Assembly: GCA_030141605.1 (NCBI GenBank)
Contig: JAQGDQ010000674.1
Coordinates: 1-64,000 of the forward strand
Length of the DNA stretch: 64,000 nucleotides
Source of the DNA: Tubiluchus corallicola
Lineage: Eukaryota > Animalia > Priapulida
Reading direction: 5' to 3'
Below the pieces are notes generated by a model. That model made no database searches. It saw only the letters and a list, made by a program, of their open reading frames with translations, and was not told where the DNA came from. Of this stretch, positions 1 through 12,431 are shown piece after piece. The position numbers and the translations under genes were made by a program. Each line of letters begins with the position of its first letter. Within the stretch, counting starts at the first letter, position 1.

Positions 1-30
1 ACATGAGACCACCTCTCTCTCTCTCTCTCT

Positions 31-385
31 CTCTCTTCTGACAGACACTGACAGACTTGATGAGGACATGCATTGCAGACCAAAAAATGGACTGACGAAC
101 AGCAAATACACTCTCTTCTGACAGACACCGACAGACTTGATGAGGACATGCACTGCAGACCAAAAAATGGACTGACGAACAGCAAATACACTCTCTTCTG
201 ACAGACACTGACAGACTTGATGAGGACATGCATTGCAGACCAAAAAATGGACTGACGAACAGCAAATACACTCTCTTCTGACAGACACTGACAGACTTGA
301 TGAGGACATGCATTGCAGACCAAAAAATGGACTGATGAACATCAAATACACTCTCTTCTGACAGACACCGACAGATTTGATGGCA
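31..385. repeat. 80-bp tandem repeat (~4.4 copies), intronic in PIK3R4
   Basis: Unit ctctcttctgacagacactgacagacttgatgaggacatg...agcaaataca recurs at 31, 111, 191, 271, 351. Confidence 0.95.
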
Positions 386-555
386 CCATGAATAGAGATC
401 TTTTGAAAGCGAATCTTAAGATAAATGCCATAGTTTCTAAGACAAACTTCACTACAAGTTCATGTAACAGTAAGCTAATTTGTAATGTTATTAGTGTGGC
501 TTTGAAGACAGCTGTGAACACACAGCAAAGTTTTCTATGCACTCATTGTTTTCAG

Positions 556-3500
556 GTTCGCAGTGGATAATAGCATACGCTACGGCTAATGGATACATTA
601 TTGGTTGGGACATGCGAACTAACAAAGACGCTTGGAGACTGAAAAACAGCATAAAACATGGTGTGTTCTTAGTTTTAGTTATGCTCAGTTAGTTCCAGGA
701 TTTTGTTCGTATATTGCAAAAGCTAATGCTTCAATGGAGCAAACTGTTTTACAGTTTTGAAAGAGATAGTTTTGCTTCCTGCCATTTTGATATTAGTCAG
801 TGATTAGAATTAGCCATTTTAGAATAGACGATTAGTCGTTGGGTGATCTTTGTCTCAGTCACCACACTTACTTCATTTGGAAGTTATAAATATTTTCAAC
901 AGGTCTGACTACGGCATTCTGTGTCGACCCACGTCAAAGTTGGATGGCCGTAGGTACAGCTAGCGGCAGTATTGTTTGCTGGGACATTCGCTTTCAACTT
1001 CCTATTGCTAACGTCAGACATCCGGCAGGTAAGTTTTCATCACAGGATGACTTCTTCTTCCTACCTTTTGTATAGAATAATGGGAAACAAAATTATAAAA
1101 TGTTTATCAAGGTTCGGAGACTATTTATCAGCACTTTGTGCTTCTTGTTCTGATTCAGAGAGAAGGTTTCACAGTTGTGCTGTTTACTATCGATTCAGAT
1201 GATGGTTTCACAGACGTTTCCTTACGACGATGTCTTGCGTTACGGATTATTTTTGTGCTTTGCTTATAGGTGCACGCGTGCGTAGACTCTTAGTTCATCC
1301 TACTCAACCGTCGTGGCTCTTGGCTTCAGTTCAGGGCAATAATGAAGTGTCCATGTGGAACGTTGAGACCGGAGCTCGCCAGATGGCATTGTGGGCTAGC
1401 ACTGCTCCGGCGTTGTCTACTAAACAGGTAGAAGTTTTGACGAGAATGTTGACTTTTGTTTTTGTCGCTGTTTAATAACTTGTAATATTCTGTTGGTCTC
1501 ATTTCTGGTAGTTTTTGTGGAAAATGGTTTCATTTTTGAGTTTCTACTCCTTTATTAACATACCTATTTGTAACTAGTAGCATAAACACTCAAGGAAGCT
1601 GCAGGTAAACAGCTTCACAAAACTCATATATTTACCAATGGTTTCACAAAATTTCAGAATCTATAACAGTTTTACAAAAGTCAGTAATCTGCTGACGGTT
1701 TCACAAAAGTCTGTCATCTAGTGACGGTTTCACAAAAATCAGTAATGAAAAGTCTGTCATCTAGTGACGGTTTCACAAAAGTCTGTCATCTAGTGACGGT
1801 TTCACAAAAGCCTGTCATCTAGTGACGGTTTCACAAAAGTCAGTAATCTGCTGACGGTTTCACAAAAGTCTGTCATCTAGTGACGGTTTCACAAAAGTCT
1901 GTCATCTACTGACGGTTTCACAAAAGTCTGTCATCTACTGACGGTTTCACAAGAGTCTGTCATCTACTGTTACTGAATAGTTACTAACGGTTTCACAAAA
2001 GTCAGTAAACTGCTAACTGTTTGACAAAGCTGAATAGTTACAAACGGTTTCACAAAAGTCAGTAATCTGCTAACTGTTTGACAAAAGCTGAATAGTTACT
2101 AACGGTTTCATAAAAGTCAGTAAACTGCTAACTGTTTGACAAAAGCTGAATAGTTACTAACGGTTTCACAAAAGTCAGTAATCTGCTAACTGTTTGACAA
2201 AAGCTGAATAGTTACTAACGGTTTCACAAAAGTCAGTAATCTGCTAACTGTTTGACAAAGCTGAATAGTTACTAACGGTTTCACAAAAGTCAGTAATCTG
2301 CTAACTGTTTGACAAAAGCTGAATAGTTACTAACAGTTTTGCAAAAGTCAGTAATCTGCTTACTGTTTGACAAAAGCTGAATAGTTACTAACGGTTTCAC
2401 AAAAGTCTGTAATCTGCTAACTGTTTGACAAAAGCTGAATAGTTACTAACAGTTTTGCAAAAGTCAGTAATCTGCTTACTGTTTGACAAAAGCTGAATAG
2501 TTACTAACGGTTTCACAAAAGTCAGTAATCTGCTAACTGTTTGACAAAGCTGAATAGTTACTAACGATTTCACAAAAGTCAGTAATCTGCTAACTGTTTG
2601 ACAAAGCTGAATAGTTACTAACGGTTTCACAAAAGTCAGTAATCTGCTAACTGTTTGACAAAGCTGAATAGTTACAAACGGTTTCACAAAAGTCAGTAAT
2701 CTGCTAACCGTTTGACAAAGCTGAATAGTTACTAACGGTTTCACAAAAGTCAGTAATCTGCTAACTGTTTGACAAAGCTGAATAGTTACTAACGATTTCA
2801 CAAAAGTCAGTAATATGCTAACTGTTTGACAAAGCTGAATAGTTACTAATGGTTTCACAAAAGTCAGTAATCTGCTAACTGTTTGACAAAGCTGAATAGT
2901 TACTAACGGTTTCACAAAAGTCAGTAATCTGCTAACTGTTTGACAAAGCTGAATAGTTACTAACGGTTTCACAAAAGTCGAGCATCTGCTAACTGTTTGA
3001 CAAAGCTGAATAGTTACTAACGGTTTCACAAAAGTCAGTAATCTGCTAACTGTTTGACAAAGCTGAATAGTTACTAACGATTTCACAAAAGTCAGTAATA
3101 TGCTAACTGTTTGACAAAGCTGAATAGTTACTAACGGTTTCACAAAAGTCAGTAATCTGCTAACTGTTTGACAAAGCTGAATAGTTACTAACGGTTTCAC
3201 AAAAGTCAGTAATCTGCTAACTGTTTGACAAAGCTGAATAGTTACTAACGGTTTCACAAAAGTCGAGCATCTGCTAACTGTTTGACAAAGCTGAATAGTT
3301 ACTAACGGTTTCACAAAAGTCAGTAATCTGCTAACTGTTTGACAAAGCTGAATAGTTACTAACGGTTTCACAAAAGTCAGTAATCTGCTAACTGTTTGAC
3401 AAAGCTGAATAGTTACTAACGGTTTCACAAAAGTCGAGCATCTGCTAACTGTTTGACAAAGCTGAATAGTTACTAACGGTTTCACAAAAGTCAGTAATCT

Positions 3501-6500
3501 GCTAACTGTTTGACAAAGCTGAATAGTTACTAACGGTTTCACAAAAGTCAGTAATCTGCTAACTGTTTGACAAAAGCTGAATAGTTACTAACAGTTTTGC
3601 AAAAGTCAGTAATCTGCTTACTGTTTGACAAAGCTGAATAGTTACTAACGGTTTCACAAAAGTCAGTAATCTGCTAACTGTTTGACAAAGCTGAATAGTT
3701 ACTAACAGTTTCACAAAAGTCGAGCATCTGCTAACTGTTTGACAAAGCTGAATAGTTACTAACAGTTTCACAAAAGTCGAGCATCTGCTAACTGTTTGAC
3801 AAAGCTGAATAGTTACTAACGGTTTCACAAAAGTCAGTAATCTGCTAACTGTTTGACAAAAGCTGAATAGTTACTAACAGTTTCACAAAAGTCAGTAATC
3901 TGCTAACTGTTTGACAAAGCTGAATAGTTACTAACAGTTTCACAAAAGTCGAGCATCTGCTAACTGTTTGACAAAGCTGAATAGTTACTAACAGTTTCAC
4001 AAAAGTCGAGCATCTGCTAACTGTTTGACAAAGCTGAATAGTTACTAACGGTTTCACAAAAGTCGAGCATCTGCTAACTGTTTGACAAAGCTGAATAGTT
4101 ACTAACGGTTTCACAAAAGTCAGTAATCTGCTAACTGTTTGACAAAGCTGAATAGTTACTAACGGTTTCACAAAAGTCGAGCATCTGCTAATGGTTTCAC
4201 AAAAGTCGATCTCATGCAAATCATATGAAAGGAAAATCGGATAATGGTTATGGGGTGAGCATCAAACATTCGAATTCAATTCGAAGGAGTTTTTTAGTTT
4301 GGATTCAACTCTAACCTAAATTTATAGATTCAAATAATTCAGCATTTCAACTACATACACTCTTTATCATTAAAACTTTTGAAACATCATGTAATCTGTA
4401 CAGCTTAGCTGTGTTTGCTCTGCACAATTTTTAGACAGATTATTAGTGTTTTTATTGTCTCAAGTAATATGCATCTTTGTGACACACTTTTTATTAATGA
4501 TTTGAAAATTCATTCGAAATCTTTAAAATGGAATTTTAATTTGATTCCAATTCTAAATTCAGAGTTTGAAACTTGGTTCGAGTTTGAAAGTCACAAATTC
4601 AATTCCATTCTAATTTACTTTCTTGTATTCACCCTAGTAATGGTGGTTAGATGTAATAATTATTTTTGCATCAATATGGTGCCATTGTGCAAATGTCCAG
4701 AATCGTTTGGTTACATTTTTTCTGCAAAGTTTCTTTTTGGAATGCGCTGTATTATGAAAAGAACACAGTCAGCCTGCAAAATTACTTAAAAATAGTAGAG
4801 ATTTGTGTGCTGCAATAGCAAAATCATCCATAAATAGACAATTGTGCTTTTCTAGTTATTCACATATCCTGAATCGCCATTTCATGGGGATCATTTTGAT
4901 ACCAACCTCATTGCTCTATGTTATTTCTAAGCTGAGATAATCCACGTCGAAGTTGAGGTGCAGGCTGCACACTGAAAGCATTACCTTGAGAAAATCTCTG
5001 TTAAAGTCAGCCATTGTTTTTTGTCCCGCTTCTACAAAATGCTTAGCAACAGCACAAATGTTGGCTGCTACGGACTTTGCAAGAACACGTTGAAGTTGTG
5101 TTTAAATCCAGTAGATGGCTCTTTCTGATGAAGATCTGGGCTTGGCAACAGAAAAATCAGAAACAAATGACTGCTTCCATGAGCTACTACTGCAGTTTGA
5201 AAAAACAATTTTTTTTACAGTTGCAGTACTAGTTTCCAGTCAGAAAAGTGGGTAAGGGGTTATAAAATTACATTTTTAGCATTTTTAAAACATTTTCTTG
5301 AAAATTTGATGCCAGAATATTAAACTCCAATATATTTAGCATTTGTTTTTATAAGAAACACAAAATTGGCATTTGACCAAATTTTTGGTGCACTCTTCTT
5401 TGAATTATCATAACATAGTTTCAAGTATGGCGACTTGTGCACGGTTTTGCTTTGCAAGCACACATAAAAAATAGAAAATAATCATAAATTAAAATATTAC
5501 AGTTTAGTTTAGTATTTCTCCTGAAATACACGTAACTCTTTTGTTTTAATGAACATTGCAAATGCTTTTAATTAGTTCACAACACGTGATGATTCGTTAC
5601 ACTTGTTTTCATCAGGCGTCCCATCATTCTCTCTACTCCATGTACATGTCACCGGTGGGGAATGGTACGTTCGTCGTCACGGGTGGTTCTGACATGAGGT
5701 TGCGATATTGGGATCTTCAGACTTCGGCAAATTCTTACATTGTTGCTGGTGCGGCCAACGATCTGGTAAACCAGACCATAGTTACTTATAGGTAGGTATT
5801 GTTTACGCATTGTTAAAGGAAAACCGGTCCCAATCTTAAACTATGGCTCAAGAAAATCTGCCCTATAAAATATTGAAAAATAACAGAAATGACTTACGTA
5901 AAAGAATATTACCACAGCATAGCATAATTTTTTGTTCACAGGGCTAGTTCTTTATCATTCGCTAGTTAGATGTGCGCTAGCGCCTGCATCTCAGAAACGC
6001 GTTGCACAAAAACAGGCGCTGTACCTCTCAGTTCATTGTTCAGTGGTGTTCAGTTGTGACATGGTGCACATGCGTAAACACAGTTGTAAACTTGAAATTT
6101 TAATTTTAAACGTGAAATTTGCATAGTTTTTGTATATCAATTTGTTATCAATATCAATATCAATATGAGTTTTTGTAAACCGAATGTTGTCCTATAGCAA
6201 TGTGTTTCAATTTTCGCCTTCGCAAATACGTGCAACACGCTCGTGAAATATTTGTGCTGTTGAAAATCATGCTCAGTTGTGATGTCATCACTAGTTGAGC
6301 TCTCACGGCGTTAGTTAGGTTTTTAACCTATTCTTTAATTATGAGAAATATTTTGGTATTATTGTAGGTGTTAAAATGTATACTTTTTACCATACTTCAA
6401 AATGGGGTAGGCTAGGAAAAGTCATCCTGTTTTACTTTAGAGGAAGACAGGGTGGTTTTTCATGTACTACCCCATTTTCAAAACCGATAACAAGTGTACG

Positions 6501-9500
6501 CTTTAACACAATTAATACTGTAAAAGCGTTTCTTATAATTAAATAATAGATTAAAAACTTTATTAATGGTAGGCGAACCCAACTGTTGATGACATCACAA
6601 ACTAACATAATTTTAAACAGCAAAAATATTACACGAGCGTGTTGTACGTATTTGCGAAAGCGAAAATTGAAGTACAGCGTTGCTGTAAGAGATTCAGTGT
6701 GTTGTACTAAAACTATGTAAGTTTTAAGATAAAAATTCAAATTTGAAATTCACAGCTGTGATCACGCCTGAGGTCTGGAACATGTTTAGTTCGTCATACA
6801 TCTGTACTGAGAGGTATAGCACCTATTTTTGTGCAAAGCACTTTCTGAAATGCAGGTGCTAATGTCCGTCTAACTAGCGAATGGCGAAATGTACGTAACA
6901 GCGAAGAACTAGCGACGCAAATGCGAAATTGTGTTTATCTGGTAATAATTCTTTCACGTAAGTCATTTTTTAAAAAATAGTGTTTCCTTTCAATATTTTA
7001 AAAAGTAGATTGTTTTGATCTACTGTTTCAGGTTGGGTCTGGTTTTGCTTTAATCATTCTCTCACTGCGAATGTAGATTTTACACAGCTGTCATCATCAT
7101 TAATGGCTGATTTTCATCTAGTTTCGGTCTTGCCTGTTTCTTTCTACAAATATGATATTTTGGCCTTTGGAAGATTGTGCAAAGTCAAACTTGCGAATGA
7201 TTCAATATCTCCATGCATACTTAATTGCTTAAGGAACAAGAAAAAGGGTACCTGAAGTAGGTTTCAGAAAAATCGCCTTAAAAAATTATATTACTTTATA
7301 GCAATTTTATGCGTTTATCGTACTCGCGTTGAAAGGAATTTTTGTTTGTTTTCATTTTAAATCTCCCGCAATACTGTTCTGATGTCGCCATTACATGACG
7401 TCATATACACACAACGTTAATCAGGGGAAGAAACGGCAATGTTAGATTATGTCCCTAAAAAACTTTCCATGCAAAGTTATATTACTTCGCATTTCGGTTA
7501 CCTGCTTGAAAGATTTATGTAACTAGAAAAGAGAAATATTTCTTATTTAAAATGTTTTCACCAATTGGTAAAAATGTCGTTGACTCACTTCCAGGGTGCA
7601 CCACTTACTAACCAAAAAAACGTATTTTTAATCCTGTTGACAAGATACAGTAATTTAAAATTTTATTCAGCTAGTGACTTGTGCTCTACGAATGCTCTGA
7701 TTATTTTTTCAAACTTTATTCAGCGTTTTCTAAACGTGTTTCATATGACTTATCGTCAAAATGACTGCATCTGACAGTCATCACAAGAGTTTAAATTTAC
7801 AAGTTTCATATAGTAGCTCTATATGCAAAAAGGCAGTATATTGGTATAAAATTCCAAGACAAATTTTTTAAGCTTTATGTAAGTGGAGGGTTTTCTTGTT
7901 CCTTTATTACTGGCATTCCTAAACTTGCCTTATAACTTTGTGAAAAACATGGGGACTTATGTAAACTTTTTCTCGTAGAATTGCGTGTGCTTGAAGTTAT
8001 CGTTCAGCATTGTGCAGGTGAAAAAATTGTGCATGACAGGTGCAATCGTTTGTGAGAATTGTGACTGATTGATGGAACAATCAGGAAAATAGGTGCAAAA
8101 TGCAGTAGGTCTGATGATAAGGATAAGATAACTGTGGGACCAAGAACCAGATCCGTTGCCGTTACCTCAAAATCCACAGTGTACGTAGAACCAAAAATCA
8201 TGAAGCTGCTTTTTCATCTGGAACATGTCTACAAATCTTTAGGATTGTTATGTCGTTCCATGTTTTGTTTGCTAGTAGTGATTTAAAGTAACATTGTAAT
8301 TGAGCAGCAAAGTTAATGCTAAACAAGTGTTAGTGGTGTGTTAAAAAACTCGGGTCAGTGTTGCCATGTCCTATATCTAATGAACAAGTGGTGCCAATCT
8401 GCTGTGTATATTAATCAATGTTGATATTTACTTTTTGATGAGTGTTTTAGCCTTTTTTTCTAAAAATCTCCCCTAGTACCAGTGGCGGCTCGTTGCTAAA
8501 ATTAGTGGGGGTGCTGCTTCAGAAAATTTTTAACCGTTCTTTTAATACTGTATAAAATGAAACAGACATGTAATTTTAATGTCGTAATTGTAGTTTTAAT
8601 AAACATACATAAACTTGATAAAAACATAAACAAAGCTTACTAATAGCCCAAATTGTCGCAGTTCAAGCTTAATCCATTCCCAGTAAGCACGTGACAACTG
8701 ACAACAAACTGTGTGAGTGACAGTACTTTCTCTATCTGGGCTCAGATATGTGCACGTAGCCACATGCGCACTGCAGCCAAACACCGCATTGCTGGAACAC
8801 ACTGTGCTGGGCTGTGAAGCAAACAGTACTACCACAACGCTCTCTGGTTCCGTACAATTATAAAGACAGAACTGAAAAAATAAGACTTATTGTATTACAT
8901 ATTATCGATAATATCGAGTGAAAATAGGGGGTGCTGCAGCTCCACGGTACCCATGCATGAGCCGCCACCGTCTAGTACAATAATGATTCTTTATAGACAG
9001 CGTGAAATTAAGAGAGAAAAACATGTAGCGGTGATTGGTGAGTGATTGTAGTGCCTGTAGTGTATTAAAAAGGTTTAGTTACAATGTGTTAATGTCATAG
9101 AAAAACGACTCCAATTAAACTGGTTCGATTTTTGCAAAATTGTATGAAAGTGAGTAAATGATCATTAAAGAAATTAGTGAGCTTATAATCAGCTTCCCTA
9201 ATCGCTTGAGGTTGAAACTGATCTTTAGGGAGGTATGAATTTATTACAAAGCTGACATTGTTTCAATGTTTGATCTGCAAGAGTTCTATGGCCATAATTT
9301 GAAAAAACTAAAACTTCAAACTTTTATAGTCAAAAGTTAATGCATTGTGATGCCATTTTGTGCTGCCATCCGTTGAATACTTTATACATTAACCTGGCTG
9401 TTTTTTCAGTTGATTATTAACTTTGGATAATTAAATTTTTAACCTGCAAAAGCTTTTCAACCATAATTTGAAAAGCACTCAAACTTGTAATACCTGTAAA

Positions 9501-10165
9501 ATTTACATGCAAGGACTAATATAGTGAAACTTCAACCTTGTTTTTGTAGGGCATTTGCTTTTGATATTATTGTAATCAAAACTTCGGTGCATTTTTTCTG
9601 TGCCACCCGATATTAGATTTTATTTTGTATATACAGCGTAGTACTTTTGTGTAATAATAATTAAAAGTGATGGTTATCTATCTTTATCTACTCTCTCATT
9701 TTTATTCTTTTTCTTCTCCCAGTCAACATCATGTGAACTTTTTTGGACACAACCGCATTTCGACGTATTATCATTAGTAGTGCTTTGCTGGTTAGGTGAT
9801 TGATCTGCATCATGGCTGTCATCATCGTCACCAAACAGATCTCGCCACAGATCTTGCTTTGACTGATTATTTATTATATCAGTGATTTTATAAAGAATGA
9901 TGAATGATGATGAATGATGATCAGCAAATTCAACCATCAAACACTTGTTTATTTCAGATCTCGCCTCATAGATGGCACTGAAGTTATCCAAGAGGCTTAC
10001 AGCAAAGCAAAGATTCATCCTGGTGCCGAGGACACGCCACGGCGGGGGCCGGAAGCTCCACCCGTTGGCCACCATGACATCATCAGCGACGTGAACGTGT
10101 GCGCGACGTCGATGACGCTCATCATTTCCGCTTCACGTGACGGTGCAGTTAAACTATGGAAGTGA
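556..10165 (+). CDS. PIK3R4: Phosphoinositide 3-kinase regulatory subunit 4 (Vps15), C-terminal WD40 region; last five exons, 5' part outside window
   Basis: Exons 556-660, 903-1028, 1270-1427, 5616-5791, 9958-10165 have AG/GT sites and compatible phases. The spliced peptide ([16 protein letters not shown]...[10 protein letters not shown]...[10 protein letters not shown]...[12 protein letters not shown]...[18 protein letters not shown]...[12 protein letters not shown]) matches the known PIK3R4 C-terminus. Confidence 0.95.
1600..4210. repeat. Intronic satellite: ~29-bp units (about 1680-1970) grading into 57/58-bp units (about 1970-4210)
   Basis: Unit ggtttcacaaaagtcagtaatctgctaactgtttgacaaagctgaatagttactaac repeated dozens of times. 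It produces the artefactual repetitive ORFs 2397-3542, 3559-3828 and 3845-4219. Confidence 0.97.
4250..4637. mobile_element. Degenerate hAT-like MITE (family of 18096-18508), reverse orientation
   Basis: Ends ggggtgagcat ... attcacccta. TTCGAA-rich interior resembles the copies at 18096 and 32756. Confidence 0.6.
4804..5463. mobile_element. Non-autonomous TIR element (same family as 10260-11228)
   Basis: Imperfect ~35-bp TIRs (tgtgtgctgcaatagcaaaa.../...ttttgctttgcaagcacaca). Interior is collinear with 10300-11228. Confidence 0.75.
5817..7049. mobile_element. TTAA-flanked Kolobok-like MITE dimer (two ~620-bp monomers in inverted orientation)
   Basis: ttaa|aggaaaaccggtccc...gggtctggttttgct|ttaa, with a central junction cctgttttact-ttag-aggaagacagg at 6437-6440. 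A TTAA target with purine-purine termini is typical of Kolobok. Confidence 0.75.
7233..7902. mobile_element. TTAA-target Kolobok-like MITE, second family
   Basis: ttaa|ggaacaagaaaa...ttttcttgttcc|ttta. Homologous to 24782-25452, with partial relatives at about 30935-31495 and 40545-40890. Confidence 0.75.
8480..8970. mobile_element. hAT-like MITE (CAGTGGCGGCTC ends)
   Basis: TIR cagtggcggctc/gagccgccaccg. 8-bp TSD cctagtac/tctagtac. Second copy at 43725-44236. Confidence 0.85.
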
Positions 10166-10259
10166 AAATTAGAAATAATTTTGTTTAATTTTACCTACAA
10201 CTTGTCCGTGGTTGTCAGATTCCCGTTTTCTTCACAGATGGCGTTGGTACATAGGTATT

Positions 10260-11228
10260 TGTATGCTTGCATAGCATAAACGTACATAAGTCGACAATTA
10301 AGTTTTTCTATTTATTCACATATCTTCACATATCCTTAATCTCCATTTTAACGGAAGTGGTGCTGACAAGCCACTGGCGTAGCAGTGTCTAGTTTTTTTG
10401 CTGGATTACTGCTGCGTTTACCTGTCTGAAGGCAGATTTCTTTTATTTTAGAATTCTGCCTGCCCAATGTCTACAATAGACGTGACGGGCGTATGATGAT
10501 GATGATGATTCAAAATAGTGCTCGGAAGTGGTGCTGACAAGCCACTGGCGTAACAGTGTCTAGTTTTTTTGCTGGATTACTGCTGCGTTTACCTGTCTGA
10601 AGGCAGATTTCTTTTATTTTAGAATTCTGCCTGCCCAATGTCTACAATAGACGTGACGGGCGTATGATGATGATGATCTCCATTTCGTGAGGATCATTTT
10701 GATACCAAGTTCATCGCTCTATGCTATTTCTAAGTTGAGGTGCACACTATGCACTGAGAAACGTGACCTTGAGAAAATCGCCGGTAAAGTTAGCAATTCT
10801 TTTTTTCGCGTTTTTACAAAACACTTAGCAGTGCGCAAATGTGGACTGCAAGAGCACATTAAAGTAATGTTTAAATCCAGTAGATGGCTCTTCTTGATGA
10901 AGATCTGGGCTTGGCAACAGAAAAAAACCTGAAGCAAAATGACAGCTTCTAGGAGCTACTATCGGAGTTTGAAAATCCGAGCTTTACGGTACTAGTTTCT
11001 AGCCTGAAAAGTGGGTAAGGATTTATAAAATAAAATTTTTGGTGTTTTTTTAACATTTTCTTGATAATTTTATGCTAGAATATAAAGGTCCAATATATTT
11101 AGCATTTGTTTTTACAAAAAACAAAAAAATTGACATTTGACCGAATTTTTTGTGCATTCTACTTTGATGCATCATAAAATAGTTTTAACTATGCCGACTT
11201 ATGGACAGTTTTGGTATGCAGGCGTACA
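10260..11228. mobile_element. Non-autonomous TIR element interrupted by a SINE-tail insertion
   Basis: ~36-bp imperfect TIRs (tgtatgcttgcatagcataaacgtacataagtcgac / gccgacttatggacagttttggtatgcaggcgtaca). Homologous to 4804-5463. Confidence 0.75.
10349..10675 (+). mobile_element. Two tandem SINE/LINE 3' tails ending in (ATG)n
   Basis: Near-identical ~160-bp units start at 10352 and 10523, each ending in (tga)n. Flanked by one 10-bp duplication atctccattt (10339-10348, 10676-10685). Confidence 0.75.
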
Positions 11229-11478
11229 CTTGCATGGTCTGTATTCACAAACGAGATCATATTTTTGCTGTAATTAACAGACTGGTATTTCAAACTTTAT
11301 AAAGTTTCTATCTAAAGTGAAGTAGCACTTGTGTAATTATGATTTCCGCTTATTGCCAGTAAGTTGGTGTTTACCACACATCCGGAATGTGTTATGCGCT
11401 GTCCATCAATAGGAAATAGCTGCAGAAAAAATAACGCATAACGCAAGTCTGATATACAGGTGCATTGAAAACAATATA

Positions 11479-11806
11479 CGGTCGACCCTCGTTAAATCGG
11501 ACCCCGTTAGCCCGGATATCGGATAAGACGGACGTCATCCGTGGTAAAGGAAACTGACCGATTTCCATCCGAGCCGGAGCGCTAAACACAACACGGCCTA
11601 CCAACTGTACAATAATTTCTTTATCCTCACAGGTTAACTATTTTAAAGTAATATACAGCATAGTATATAGTGCAATGTATATAGGCCTTATTAAGGTGAT
11701 TATTCCTGTATAATATAGACCATATATAGGCATATCGGATAAATCGGACAATCGGCTAAACCGGCCCCCCCCCCCCCAATTAGTCCGGCTTAACGAGGGT
11801 AGACTG
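11479..11806. mobile_element. Tc1/pogo-like MITE (TA target)
   Basis: ta|cggtcgaccctcgttaa...ttaacgagggtagactg|ta. Nearly identical in reverse to 54721-55045. Confidence 0.85.
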
Positions 11807-12060
11807 TAAACAGATTTTATCTATTCTGCATCTACATAACATAGACATATTCCGGACGTCTAATATCCGGATATATTCCGAGTGGTAAATGCTACTTAAT
11901 GCAGTTTTGACGCAGCTGAAATCGTATCTCGCTGCAGCGAATTTACCCAGTGCAATGTTAACAATAATAATATTCTGTATATATTCAGCTTTGTACATAG
12001 TTGTAAGAATATGCTTTAATAAAAAGAGCATTGCAAACAATAATAATTGCAAATTGACTA

Positions 12061-12066
12061 TTTATT
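12061..12066 (-). terminator. Candidate polyadenylation signal (AATAAA) of the myosin heavy chain gene
   Basis: tttatt on + strand, about 370 nt downstream of the myosin stop codon. Confidence 0.4.
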
Positions 12067-12431
12067 ATCTAGAAACATTTCTTCTACACTTGTTTTATCG
12101 TGATCAAACTTCAGCTTCTTCAAACGACTAGAATGACTTTAGTGAGAATCTGATACAATTTTAACTCAAGGTTGCCATAATGTCTTGTAAAGAAAGTTCA
12201 GCAACATGATTACTGTAAATTTGTGACGTTAGTGAACATTTCGCTGTACAGAGTATGTTTCTTAATGGAATCGTGCGTGTTGGATTTTGAGCAGCCATAA
12301 GATGAAATTTGGTAGAACAACATTCAGCAAAATAAGTCGTCATACACCGTTGTTGTTAGTTGTAATCTAAGAGCAAAAGTTAATTGAATAACTTGACTAG
12401 AATCGTATCCAACTTGTCCCCTTCCGGATGT

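Noticed and set aside
2397-4219. 381-, 89- and 124-aa repetitive ORFs
   Set aside because: They are translations of the 57-bp intronic satellite (a multiple of 3), broken wherever a 58-bp unit occurs.
9674-10075. 133-aa minus-strand ORF overlapping the last PIK3R4 exon ([10 protein letters not shown]...)
   Set aside because: Half of it is antisense to PIK3R4. The rest looks vaguely coding but matches no family I recognise and has no clear splice sites.
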